From a bacterium (lineage in GTDB: Bacteria > Patescibacteriota > Patescibacteriia > JAACEG01), in assembly GCA_030641665.1 (NCBI GenBank), contig DAOWHA010000050.1:2632-66631 (forward strand): a DNA stretch of 64,000 nt. The letters are read 5' to 3'. The position numbers were made by a program, and so were the translations under genes. Shown here piece by piece: positions 31,728 to 41,600 of this stretch. Below the pieces are notes generated by a model. The model was not told the origin of the DNA and made no database searches. It saw only the letters and a program-made list of their open reading frames with translations. The number at the start of each line of letters is the position of its first letter. Position 1 is the first letter of the stretch.

Positions 31728-31843
31728 GGATTCGCCCCGATATCCATCGGGGCGCCACGGCGGATGCCGTGGCGAACCCCCGGAACCCTTGCGGGTTCTC
31801 CGGTTTTCAAGACCGGCGCATTAGACCGCTCTGCCACGCTTCC
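31728..31843 (-). pseudogene. 5' fragment of a divergent tRNA-Ser(UGA)-like gene with 40-nt T-loop insert, 3' acceptor strand missing (fragment D)
   Basis: Sense GGAAGCGTGGCAGAGCGGTCTAATGCGCCGGTCTTGAAAACCGGAGAACCCGCAAGGGTTCCGGGGGTT[insert]CGAATCC, then unrelated sequence. Confidence 0.65.
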
Positions 31844-32089
31844 ATATTTTTTAGATTTTTCCGCCCAAGGCGGACCAGCCTATGGCTGACAACCGCTATG
31901 CGACATCTCCGTTTCGGATTTCAAATATCAGATATTTTTAAAAAATAATCCGAAATCCGAGTTCCGATATCTGATATCTGACATCCGATATCTTTGACAA
32001 TAAAACGATGATAATCTATAATAAAATAAATATTAAAAAATATTCAAGATTATTAGTAATAATAGAATAATTTTTGTTTTTGTCAATTT

Positions 32090-32590
32090 ATGGCTAAAGA
32101 AAAGATTAAAAATATATACGGTAAAATTATCAAAAGCTGGACATTCCCCGAGTATATAAAATACGACCGCAGCCGAAGATGGTATATTATAGTTTCTATA
32201 ATTTTTATATCACTGATTTTTTATAACTTTAAAACAGATAATTTTTTATTTATCATTATTTTAGTCATGCTTGCTTTAATTATTGTTGAATCGCGCAGAA
32301 AAAAACCGATGGAAGTAAAATTCAGCATTACTGAAAATGGAATTATGCTTAACGACGCTTTTTACGATTACAATAAAAATTTAAACAAATTTTGGATTGT
32401 TTACGATCCGCCAGAAGTTAAAAAAATATATTTTGAATTCAAAAATATGCTGCGCACGCATTTGGTTATTCCGATTACCGACCAATCACCGCTAGACTTA
32501 AGGGATATTTTATTAGAATACTTAGATGAAGATCTTGAAAAAGAAGGGGAATCAACAGCAGAAGCGCTTGGAAGACTATTAAAATTATAA
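32090..32590 (+). CDS. Hypothetical membrane protein
   Basis: 166 aa, two TM near the N-terminus (YIIVSIIFISLIFYNF; FLFIIILVMLALIIV). No motif. Confidence 0.45.
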   Translation: MAKEKIKNIYGKIIKSWTFPEYIKYDRSRRWYIIVSIIFISLIFYNFKTDNFLFIIILVMLALIIVESRRKKPMEVKFSITENGIMLNDAFYDYNKNLNKFWIVYDPPEVKKIYFEFKNMLRTHLVIPITDQSPLDLRDILLEYLDEDLEKEGESTAEALGRLLKL

Positions 32591-32893
32591 TTAAATTTTA
32601 ACACTTTTTAAAATTTTATTCGCGAGATAAATTTATGATAAATTTTACAAAAAATAAATTCAAAATTCAAAATCATAAATACAAAATAAATTACAATAAC
32701 CAAAATCATAAATACAAAATAATTTAAAATTTCAAATTGAAATTCTAAACCTCTTTAAAATTGTTTTGGATTTTGAAAATTATTATTTTGAATTTATTTG
32801 TAATTTTGGATTTGTGATTTTTTTGTTTATTTATTGTTAATTAAAATTAAATTCTGTTTAGAAAATGCTTAATAAAACAAACAATACTCAAAT

Positions 32894-32967
32894 GTTCCCA
32901 TAGCTCAGTTGGATAGAGCGTCAGCTTGCGGAGCTGAAGGTCAGAGGTTCAAATCCTCTTGGGGACA
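32894..32967 (+). tRNA. tRNA-Arg(GCG): tRNA-Arg (anticodon GCG)
   Basis: GTTCCCATAGCTCAGTTGGATAGAGCGTCAGCTTGCGGAGCTGAAGGTCAGAGGTTCAAATCCTCTTGGGGACA. Anticodon loop TTGCGGA. Ends 4 nt before the recG ATG. Confidence 0.85.
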
Positions 32968-32971
32968 CATT

Positions 32972-35098
32972 ATGTTAAACTTAACAACTCTGGCGGATGA
33001 AATTTCGCCGATAACGCGGAAGCTGTCAACTAAATTAAAAAGGTTAAAAATTGAGATTGTTGAAGATCTCATTTTTTATTATCCGTTCAGGTATGACGAT
33101 TTCAGCAGCGTAAAAAAAATCGCTGATCTAAACTGCGGAGATATTGTTACGATTAAAGGACGGGTTGATCTGATTGAAAACAGAAGAAGCCCGTTTCAAA
33201 AAAAAAATATTACGCAGGCGATAATAAGCGACGAAACAGGATCCATAAACGCAATCTGGTTTAACCAGCCGTATATAATAAAAAGCATAAGAACAGGTGA
33301 AAATATCTATCTTGCCGGAAAAATTGATTTGGACCATGACAATCCGCAGATGAAAAATCCTGAATATGAAAAAATAAATTATTCAACTATCGCCGGGCGG
33401 CTGGCCCCTGTCTATCATCTCACAGCGGGAATTACCAATAAGCAGATCAGATTTATGATTAAACTTTCACTGCCAGCAATTAAAAGCATAAAAGACTGGC
33501 TGCCGACAAAAATCCAAAATAGAACCAAGCTGATACCTTTAAATATCGCTTTAACTAATATCCATTTTCCGCAAGATAAAAACGCTCTTAATCAAGCCGC
33601 GCGGCGATTGAAATTTGACGAACTGTTTTTAATCCAGATGAAAAATTTAATAGCTAAAAATCGGCTGAAAAAAAACAGCGCGGAAATAATTAATTTTAAA
33701 GAAGCGGAAATTAAAAAATTTGTCGCAAACCTGCCGTTCAAATTAACCGATGATCAAAAAAAATCCTCGTGGACGATTTTAAAAGATCTGCAAAAACCGC
33801 ATCCGATGAATCGCCTTTTAGAAGGCGATGTAGGATGCGGCAAAACAGTCGTTGCCGCCATAGCTATGCTTAACACGGCTCTGAATAATAAACAATCCGT
33901 TTATATGGCTCCAACAGAAATTTTGGCAAAACAGCATTTTGTCTCCATTTCTGAATTGTTAAAAAAATTTAATATTAAAATCGGGCTAATTACAAGAAGC
34001 GAGAGGAAAACGAATTATGAATTAAAAATCAAGAATCAAAAATTAAATAAAAAGAAATCTAATGCTTATAATTCTAAGTCTATAATTCAAAATTCTGATA
34101 TTGTAATCGGCACGCACGCGCTGATACAAAATAAAATTAAATTTAAAAATCTAGTTCTAACAATCATAGACGAACAGCACCGTTTCGGGGTAGACCAAAG
34201 AAAAGCGCTCGCGGAAAAATTAAAATGTAATAAAAAAAATCCGACATCCGACATCCGACATCCGACATCCGAAATGCCCCATTTTCTGTCAATGACAGCT
34301 ACGCCGATCCCGAGAACCTTGCATTTAGCGCTTGATGGCGATTTGGATTTGAGCGTTATTAAAGAGATGCCGAAAAACAGAAAAAAAGTTTTGACAAAAA
34401 TCGTTGAAAATAATAAAAGGCAAAAAGCTTATGAATTTATCCAAAAACAGATAGGGGATGGGAGACAAATATTCGTAATCTGCCCTCTAATTGATCCAAG
34501 CGATAAATTAGGGGTGAAATCCGTGAGCGAGGAATATGAAAAATTAAACAAAAAAATTTTCCCGGATATTAAAATAGAAATTTTGCATGGCAAACTAAAG
34601 GCGGAAAAAAAAGAAAAAATAATGCAAAATTTTTTAAACAACAAAACAAAAGTTTTAGTGGCAACTTCTGTTGTGGAAGTCGGCGTTGATATCCCCAATG
34701 CAACTATTATAATGATAGAAGGTGCGGAGCGGTTCGGGTTGGCGCAACTGCACCAATTCCGCGGACGGGTCGGACGGAGCGCGTTTCAGTCTTACTGTTT
34801 TTTATTCAGCGATAATTTAACGGCTAAAGCCAGTAATAGATTGGAGGCGTTAGTTGATTGTAATGATGGATTTGAACTTGCGCGCCGAGATTTGGAATTC
34901 AGGGGCGCCGGCGATATTTACGGACAGGAGCAGTCAGGGCTCCCTAAATTAAAAATCGCCACGCTTTTCGACTATGAACTTATGCAAAAAGTTAGAGACG
35001 AGGCAGAGCAAATTTTAACAATGAATTCAGAATTAGAAAAATTTCCTGAACTGAAAAACCGAATGAAAGAATTTGAAAAATCAATTCATTTGGAATAA
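32972..35098 (+). CDS. recG: ATP-dependent DNA helicase RecG
   Basis: Wedge/OB N-domain, Walker A GDVGCGKTVVAA, DEQH box IIDEQHRFG, helicase C QLHQFRGRVGR. In-frame PTSDIRHPTSEM from (ccgacat)n at 34239-34273. Start is ATG 32972; the ORF-track start 32909 overlaps the tRNA. Confidence 0.9.
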   Translation: MLNLTTLADEISPITRKLSTKLKRLKIEIVEDLIFYYPFRYDDFSSVKKIADLNCGDIVTIKGRVDLIENRRSPFQKKNITQAIISDETGSINAIWFNQPYIIKSIRTGENIYLAGKIDLDHDNPQMKNPEYEKINYSTIAGRLAPVYHLTAGITNKQIRFMIKLSLPAIKSIKDWLPTKIQNRTKLIPLNIALTNIHFPQDKNALNQAARRLKFDELFLIQMKNLIAKNRLKKNSAEIINFKEAEIKKFVANLPFKLTDDQKKSSWTILKDLQKPHPMNRLLEGDVGCGKTVVAAIAMLNTALNNKQSVYMAPTEILAKQHFVSISELLKKFNIKIGLITRSERKTNYELKIKNQKLNKKKSNAYNSKSIIQNSDIVIGTHALIQNKIKFKNLVLTIIDEQHRFGVDQRKALAEKLKCNKKNPTSDIRHPTSEMPHFLSMTATPIPRTLHLALDGDLDLSVIKEMPKNRKKVLTKIVENNKRQKAYEFIQKQIGDGRQIFVICPLIDPSDKLGVKSVSEEYEKLNKKIFPDIKIEILHGKLKAEKKEKIMQNFLNNKTKVLVATSVVEVGVDIPNATIIMIEGAERFGLAQLHQFRGRVGRSAFQSYCFLFSDNLTAKASNRLEALVDCNDGFELARRDLEFRGAGDIYGQEQSGLPKLKIATLFDYELMQKVRDEAEQILTMNSELEKFPELKNRMKEFEKSIHLE

Positions 35099-35138
35099 AA
35101 AAACTAAAAATATCAATCTGCTACAATAAACATCAAAA

Positions 35139-35166
35139 AAGCGGGATTAAAATCCCGCTTTTTAAT
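35139..35166. terminator. Bidirectional rho-independent terminator between recG and the RloB gene
   Basis: aaagcgggatt-aaaa-tcccgcttttt. Confidence 0.6.
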
Positions 35167-35217
35167 ATTTTGTGCTTTTATGAAAGGACTCAATAAAAAT
35201 TTATTTTTTAAAACTCC

Positions 35218-35880
35218 TTATTCTTTCTTTAATTTATTTAAATTTTCAACAAGCAGATAAACCGTTGTTGAGGGATTCTTTTTTGAAAATGATTTTTCGT
35301 TTTTATGCATATTTAACAGTTTTTTAGCATTTCTAATTGCATCTTTTTCAGTATCCTTTAGTAAAAGGTACATATCTTTTGATATTTTACTATATCTTAT
35401 TTTAGAGTTGCCTGTAAGTTTTTTTAGATTATCCGTTAATTTTAATATATAATCTTTCCTGCTAATAGCCGAACTAAGCGGAATAAAATGCAACAAAAAC
35501 CATATTTCAAAACATTCATTTGAATAAGCTACTTCTAAATTATTTACCCCTGCCTTAATTATCGCATTATCAAAATGCTGATCAAAATTATCTTTATCAA
35601 AAACAACCCAGCACTCATCGCTATTTTCCGAATTATCAATTTTAATATTTCTTTCTTTTATAAATTCTATCGCAAAATTTACAAGTTTTAAAGTATTATA
35701 TCCAGTACCTGCAATTTTTATCTTAATATTTTGTCTTCTAATTTCTGTTTCAATTTCTTTCTTTTTTGATTCAAAATAATTTACTTCAGTTTTTTCTCCT
35801 TCTGTAAAAATATAAATAAATTTATACTGTTTTCGTGTATCGTATTTTCTATTTAATTTACATTCTAACTTTTTGCTCAT
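35218..35880 (-). CDS. RloB-family (TOPRIM/OLD-like) protein; AbiLii/AriB-like partner of the upstream ATPase
   Basis: FIYIFTEGEKTEVNYF is the hallmark RloB N-terminal motif. Start placed at ATG 35880, 10 nt after the ATPase stop. Confidence 0.7.
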   Translation of the reverse strand: MSKKLECKLNRKYDTRKQYKFIYIFTEGEKTEVNYFESKKKEIETEIRRQNIKIKIAGTGYNTLKLVNFAIEFIKERNIKIDNSENSDECWVVFDKDNFDQHFDNAIIKAGVNNLEVAYSNECFEIWFLLHFIPLSSAISRKDYILKLTDNLKKLTGNSKIRYSKISKDMYLLLKDTEKDAIRNAKKLLNMHKNEKSFSKKNPSTTVYLLVENLNKLKKE

Positions 35881-35890
35881 ATTTTTTAAA

Positions 35891-37120
35891 TTATACAGAA
35901 TCAATAAATGGCAATGCTCCGAATCTGCCCTTAAGGTATTTTTTAGAAAATTCAGTATCATTTCTTAAATCAGAATCAAACTCAGCTAAAGAAAACAGAT
36001 CGCCTGCCCCAAACTTATTTTTTTCCGTAAACCAAAATTGTTCTTTGATAAAATCATCCTTATATGAAAGCAGACTTGTATCATGAGTAGTAACTATCAA
36101 TTGAGCATTATTCGGATTATTTTTTTCAAACAAATCAATAATAAATTTAGTTAAAAGCGGATGAACACTATTATCGAATTCATCAATAAATAAAACTTTG
36201 CCGTTTTCAAGCGTGTCGGCTATAGGTCCAATTACATCAAAAAATTTTTGCGTTCCTTCGGACTCATTACCTAAATTAAATTTTTCAACTCCATTTTTTT
36301 TATCTTTTGAATTAAATTTACTGTGTAAAAAAAATACAGTGTCCATCGTGTTTGGAATTTTTTTTTCGTTCATAAACATCATTTGTTTTCTTATATGTTC
36401 GGGTAATGGTATTTTTCTAACTTCTATATCAATAATAGAAAAATCGGCTTTTTGCAAAAAATTTAAAACTTTATTTTTTTTATTTGAGTTGTCCCTAATC
36501 AATTTTAATGTATACCCCCTATATTCACCATTATTAAAACCGCTAATAATATTAATATTTTTAAATCCATCTACAATTTTCATAGCAAGTTCATTATTCC
36601 ATTGAGAAACTGCAGACAAAAATAATATTTCTTTTCTAGTTTTCACTTTAGCAATATCTTCACTTCCTTTAAAATCATTAAATAATTGAAATGATTGTTC
36701 TTTTCTAATTAAACATTTTTTTTCTTCTCCAGTAGATAAAATTTCTAATAAATTTTCTGTAATAATTTTATCTTTTAAAATAGAAAAATTATATTTAAAA
36801 ATTTGGTTATCTAAAGAAAAAATAATTTCAAAAAAGGATGGTTGATTATTATCATCTGAAAGTAAAAATGGGTAATATGGCAAGCTTGAATCTTCGGAAT
36901 TTTTTAATGAGTAAATTATTCCTTCTCTTAATAAATCGAAAGCATTAAGCAATGTGCTTTTACCAGAGGAATTTGGACCATATATTAAAGAAATTTTTAA
37001 TAAGTTTCGTTTATTTTTTTCAAAAGTATGCTCGCTTTTTCTTGCCAACATAGAAAAAGTTGTCTTTTCTTTAAAAATTTTAAAATTTTTTACTGAAAAT
37101 TCAATAATTGATATTGACAT
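35891..37120 (-). CDS. AAA_21/AAA_15-type ATPase (RloA/AbiLi/AriA-like abortive-infection ATPase)
   Basis: Walker A GPNSSGKSTLLNAF near the N-terminus, distal Walker B VLFIDEFDNSVHP and IVTTHD, the split ABC-like AAA_21 architecture. Confidence 0.75.
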   Translation of the reverse strand: MSISIIEFSVKNFKIFKEKTTFSMLARKSEHTFEKNKRNLLKISLIYGPNSSGKSTLLNAFDLLREGIIYSLKNSEDSSLPYYPFLLSDDNNQPSFFEIIFSLDNQIFKYNFSILKDKIITENLLEILSTGEEKKCLIRKEQSFQLFNDFKGSEDIAKVKTRKEILFLSAVSQWNNELAMKIVDGFKNINIISGFNNGEYRGYTLKLIRDNSNKKNKVLNFLQKADFSIIDIEVRKIPLPEHIRKQMMFMNEKKIPNTMDTVFFLHSKFNSKDKKNGVEKFNLGNESEGTQKFFDVIGPIADTLENGKVLFIDEFDNSVHPLLTKFIIDLFEKNNPNNAQLIVTTHDTSLLSYKDDFIKEQFWFTEKNKFGAGDLFSLAEFDSDLRNDTEFSKKYLKGRFGALPFIDSV

Positions 37121-37225
37121 AATTTTTGTAAATTATTTACTTAAACTTATTTATAACATACATCAAATATTAAAATAATGCAAGATTTTGCAAAAAATTT
37201 ACATTTTTTTATTATTTTTATTTTC

Positions 37226-38566
37226 CTAAAACATCTTTTCAATCGCTTCGCTTATGTTTTTTGCTGGCATTAAATTTATGCTGGCATATTTTTTTTGCGC
37301 AGAATTAAACGGTATTAAAGCGTTTTTAAATCCGAGTTTCTCTGCCTCTTTTATTCTCTGCTCAAGGCGATTCACTTTTCTAATCTCCCCACCCAACCCG
37401 ACCTCTCCGATAATAATCGTATCGTTTGGCAAAGCGATATTTTTAAAAGCGGAAACGATTGAAAGGCATATCGCTAAATCCAAAGCTGGCTCTGTGATTT
37501 TAATGCCGCCGACAATATTCAGATTTATATCCTGATTTATAAGATTTATATTAGCGCGGCGGATTAAGACAGTGGCTAAAATCTGCAAACGGTTGGCGTC
37601 AAAACCAAACGCCCTGCGTTGGGGATATCCAAAAATCGTTTTGCTCACAAGCGCTTGCGTCTCAATTAAAAATGTTCTCGTCCCTTCTAAAATAGAGCTT
37701 ATGGCCGTTCCCGGCGCGCCTTGTCCGCTATCTGACAAAAAAGCGCCTGCTGGATTTTTAACTTCTTGCAGCCCTTTTGACGACATAGCAAATACGCCAA
37801 GCTCCGAAGTGGCGCCGAAACGATTTTTTTTAGCACGCAAAATCCTAAAATTATTCTTTTCTTCGCCTTCTAAATAAGCGACTGTGTCAACAAGATGTTC
37901 TAATGTCTTTGGTCCCGCGACCTGTCCGTCTTTTGTGATATGCCCGATAATAAAAATCGGGATATTAAATTTTTTCGCCGTATGCAACAGTTTGACAGTG
38001 GCAGCCCTGATCTGATTGATGCTGCCCGCCTCTGTTTCAAGTTCCATTGATGAAATAGTCTGAATTGAATCAATAATCGCTAAATTCGGCTTGACTTTTT
38101 CAATTGCCGCGCAAATTTTTTCCACTTCGGTTTCAGATGAAAATTTCATCTCTGAATTTTTAATTTCTAATCTGTCTAAACGCATCTTAATCTGATGCGC
38201 GGATTCCTCGCCAGAAACATATAGAGTATTATTAATAACGGCTGCTATCTGTAAAAGCAGAGTTGACTTTCCTATTCCCGGCTCGCCTCCGATTAAAACA
38301 ACGCTTCCCGGCACGATTCCTCCGCCTAAAACGCGATCAAACTCTTCAATGCCTGTTTTAACGCGCGCCAATTCTCCGCTTTTAATTGCGTTAAAATTAA
38401 TGATATCCCCTGTTTCTATTTTAACTTCGCGCGCCTGATTTTTTTTATTGAAAATTTCAGCTTGTAAAGTTCCCCATTGTCCGCAATCAATACAGCGCCC
38501 CTGCCATTTTTGGCTTTGCGCTCCGCAATTGGAACAACTATAAATTGTTTCTGTTTTTATCGGCAT
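37226..38566 (-). CDS. radA: DNA repair protein RadA (Sms)
   Basis: Zinc finger CSNCGAQSQKWQGRCIDCG, Walker A GGEPGIGKSTLLLQ, KNRFG motif, Lon-like C-domain. Start at M16 (ATG 38566). Upstream MRRIADAPFF is a terminator hairpin read in frame. Confidence 0.9.
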   Translation of the reverse strand: MPIKTETIYSCSNCGAQSQKWQGRCIDCGQWGTLQAEIFNKKNQAREVKIETGDIINFNAIKSGELARVKTGIEEFDRVLGGGIVPGSVVLIGGEPGIGKSTLLLQIAAVINNTLYVSGEESAHQIKMRLDRLEIKNSEMKFSSETEVEKICAAIEKVKPNLAIIDSIQTISSMELETEAGSINQIRAATVKLLHTAKKFNIPIFIIGHITKDGQVAGPKTLEHLVDTVAYLEGEEKNNFRILRAKKNRFGATSELGVFAMSSKGLQEVKNPAGAFLSDSGQGAPGTAISSILEGTRTFLIETQALVSKTIFGYPQRRAFGFDANRLQILATVLIRRANINLINQDINLNIVGGIKITEPALDLAICLSIVSAFKNIALPNDTIIIGEVGLGGEIRKVNRLEQRIKEAEKLGFKNALIPFNSAQKKYASINLMPAKNISEAIEKMF

Positions 38567-38580
38567 AGGCAAATTTATTA

Positions 38581-38609
38581 AAAAAAACGGCGCGTCTGCG
38601 ATGCGCCGC
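38581..38609 (-). terminator. Rho-independent terminator after the 2096-aa gene
   Basis: Minus-strand sense cggcgcatcgcagacgcgccg followed by tttttttt. Confidence 0.55.
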
Positions 38610-38668
38610 AAAAATTTTTAACTAAATAAAAAATTACAAATATAAAACATTTTTCTTATAAATTTATA

Positions 38669-41600
38669 CTATTCTTCTATAAGAAAAAATATCTCTTTTA
38701 ATATATCGCCGTTCTCGCTTCTAATAACAGGATCAATGGATATCGCTGGAAAATCATCATCTGTTCCCTCGCCTCCGTCGTCTCGGCAATAGAACATATC
38801 AAAATAAGTTTCATTGCAAATTCCGGCAATATCGCAATCAGCTGTCGGATTATTTAAAATCCAATCTTCCCATGGCCAATAAGATATGTCAGGCCAAGGA
38901 TTCTCGCACATAAAAGTATTTATCGTCATCTTCTTTTTAGCGCTGCCATAATCAATAACGCCGTTAGATACGGCTTTAATATCTAAAATCGCTTTGCCGT
39001 TTATCGGATTAGCTGTTAAAACAGCGTTTCCCAGCGCGGTTGAAATCTGAAAAATATCATCGCTGTCTATCTCTGTCCATGTCCAGTCAAAATCGTTCGG
39101 ATTTAAAATATTGCCTGTGCTATCATCAACCGCGAAACTGTAAAACTGGTGCTGGTTTCCAGCAGCGCCTCCGTCTGAGTCGCGAATGCAATCATTCTTA
39201 CCAGCGCATAAAAATATATCAGAACTCATATCTTCATAAATCAAGTTTGGTAACGGCGAATCTCCGACTTCTACATCAACTCTGATATAATCAATATCGC
39301 AAATTATATCGCCTGTTGTAAAATTCCAACTATAATCTCCGTCCATCGCGATTCCATATTCGCTTAAAACGCCCTCGGCAACAGCATCTGTTAAGTCGGG
39401 GTCGCCTTTTATAATAACTCTATAAATAGTAGCTGGATTTAAATCTTCTTTTGGCGCGAAATATACTATTGTGCTGCTAGAATTTACAGTTAAACTCCCA
39501 TCAATAGCGCACCAAACTTCCCCTGCAAAACTATATAAAGTTGAAGTGGATGTATCTGTCGGACAAATTCCTTCAACCGTATATTCAGTGATTACTTCCA
39601 TATTATCTTCGTTCTTTATGCTGTTTCCTTTCATCTCTTGGTCAAACTCCGCGCTAATTAAAACATTGCGGCAGACATCTATATTTCCGCCAACAGGCAT
39701 TGTCGGTGGAATAACCACAGGGCGCGTACGGCAGCAAGTATCGTTTCCACATAAAAGTGGCGCGGAGCAGTCAGCGTCCTGTTCGCATCCGCAGCACCAG
39801 CCGCGGCTGTTTCCAACGCAAGCGTCAATATTAGGGGTGCATTCTAATGGAGCAAAGCATTGATCATTATTCATGTCGCAACAGCAAAAACAATTATTAT
39901 AATTAGGATCAACCCCGCCTGTCGGGCAAATCGCGCTGTCTTCCATGCATCCATATCCGATCATACAACTGCTAACGCCTTCTTGGCAGCAATTCCCTCC
40001 GCCTAAAATGCAAGGCACGCCAGGACCTGTCGGCTCAATAACAGTTATAATTCCACTCCCTGTAATTCCATCTGCTTGCGCGTTTATGTTAGTTGTTCCT
40101 AATGAAATAGCGTCAACCTGCTGATACGGATCTATATCGCCATTAGGCAATTCAATATCCTGTAAAGGAAATGCTAAATCGGCAATAAGTCCGTCATTGC
40201 TCCACCAGTTCCAATTATAATTTAACGGATTTATTGTTTGTCCGCTTGGATCGCAACTGTCTGGCGAAGACCTTGCTATAGATTTATAATCAACAACATC
40301 GCCAATATAAGCCGAGGCGTTTGTCGGAATTACTTCGACTGAACTCAGCGCGCATAAAGCGTCAGCTCCGCTTTTTGTTTTAAATATCCACGAATAAGAA
40401 TCGTTTCCGTTGGTTTCAATCGCGCCGTCGCCGCAAACAGCAAGCCCGCTTGATCCTTCATTTAAGCAAATATTTGAACAGCCATCGTTGTTTATTAAAT
40501 TGCCGTCGTCGCAATCTTCGCCGATTCCTATATCTCTGTCTCCGCAAACAGAACTTTTAACGCCCTCGCTTAAACAAATGCTTGAACAGCCATCGCTTGA
40601 AATAATATTATTATCATCGCAATCCTCGCCTAATTCAATCGCTCCATTTCCGCAAACCGCTGTGCCTGTTGATCCTTCCTTAAGGCATTTATCAGAACAT
40701 CCGTCGCCATTAGTCTGATTGCCATCGTCGCACGCTTCGCCGAATTCAAGAATGCTATTTCCGCAAACCGCTGTGCCTGTTGATCCTTCGTATAAACATT
40801 CAGATGAACAGCCGTCGCCGGAATTAGTATTATTGTCATCGCAATTTTCATAAATATCTAAACCTCCATTACCGCAAGTATTAGTAACCGATCCTGTGTT
40901 TAAACAATTAACACTACATCCAACGCTGTTAACTGGATAGCATTCCTGGCTCGGCTGCCCGCAATGGTCTGCGGCGCCATTCCAAAGGCAAGACGCGCCG
41001 CATAGCGCATCTCCGTCGCATTCTTCGCCAGAAGCCAAATTGCTATTTAATTTTATTAAATAATCTCCTAACACAGATTTAACCCCGTTTTCGCCTGTCT
41101 TAATTACTGCTCTGTAATAATTATCCTGCGTAAAATTGCCAACCGCAGAAAAGGTTGCCACGGATTCTCCCGTAAAATTATTCCAGAGATAAAATGGATT
41201 TGTAATATTAATAACTGCCGTCAACGGATTAAAAGGGCAAGACGAATCGCCGCCGCAATCATAAATTCTTATGCTTCCGTTAGCGCCGTTAGTTAAAGTG
41301 GCGGAATTAACCTCGCCGTCAAAGCGCAAGCCCATTTCCGCGTTAATGCAGACAGAATCGCATTCATACCAATGCTCAATAATGCTTAATCCTTGAAAAT
41401 CAACTTTTAATAGCGCTTTTCCTGTCTTATTATCCGGCATTGCATTAGCTCTAATGTAAGTATTGCCGTTTCCAATAGCGCTAACTGTTTCGTTGGTTGT
41501 CGCGCTTCCAGATACTGTGGCGATTAACGGATCATCGCTGCTCCAATTCATACTCTGCCCTAAAACATTAATTATAATACAAGGATTATCTTTAGATATT

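Noticed and set aside
32640-32860. AT-rich degenerate inverted repeat (caaaatcataaatacaaaat ... attttggattttgaaaat) upstream of tRNA-Arg/recG, considered as an origin-like or regulatory palindrome
   Set aside because: Very low complexity (A/T with short words), only loosely symmetric. No DnaA-box-like 9-mers recognised. Most likely promoter-region simple sequence.
32909-32971. N-terminal extension of the recG ORF (MDRASACGAEGQRFKSSWGHI)
   Set aside because: It is the tRNA-Arg sequence read in frame. The true start is ATG 32972 (MLNLTT...).
35881-35961. Longer RloB start overlapping the ATPase gene by 71 nt
   Set aside because: Internal ATG at 35880 gives a 10-nt intergenic gap typical of coupled defence gene pairs. 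The overlap start adds a non-conserved leader.
38567-38611. N-terminal extension of radA (MRRIADAPFFLINLP)
   Set aside because: Encodes a GC hairpin + T-run terminator of the upstream giant gene. The conserved RadA zinc finger begins right after M16.
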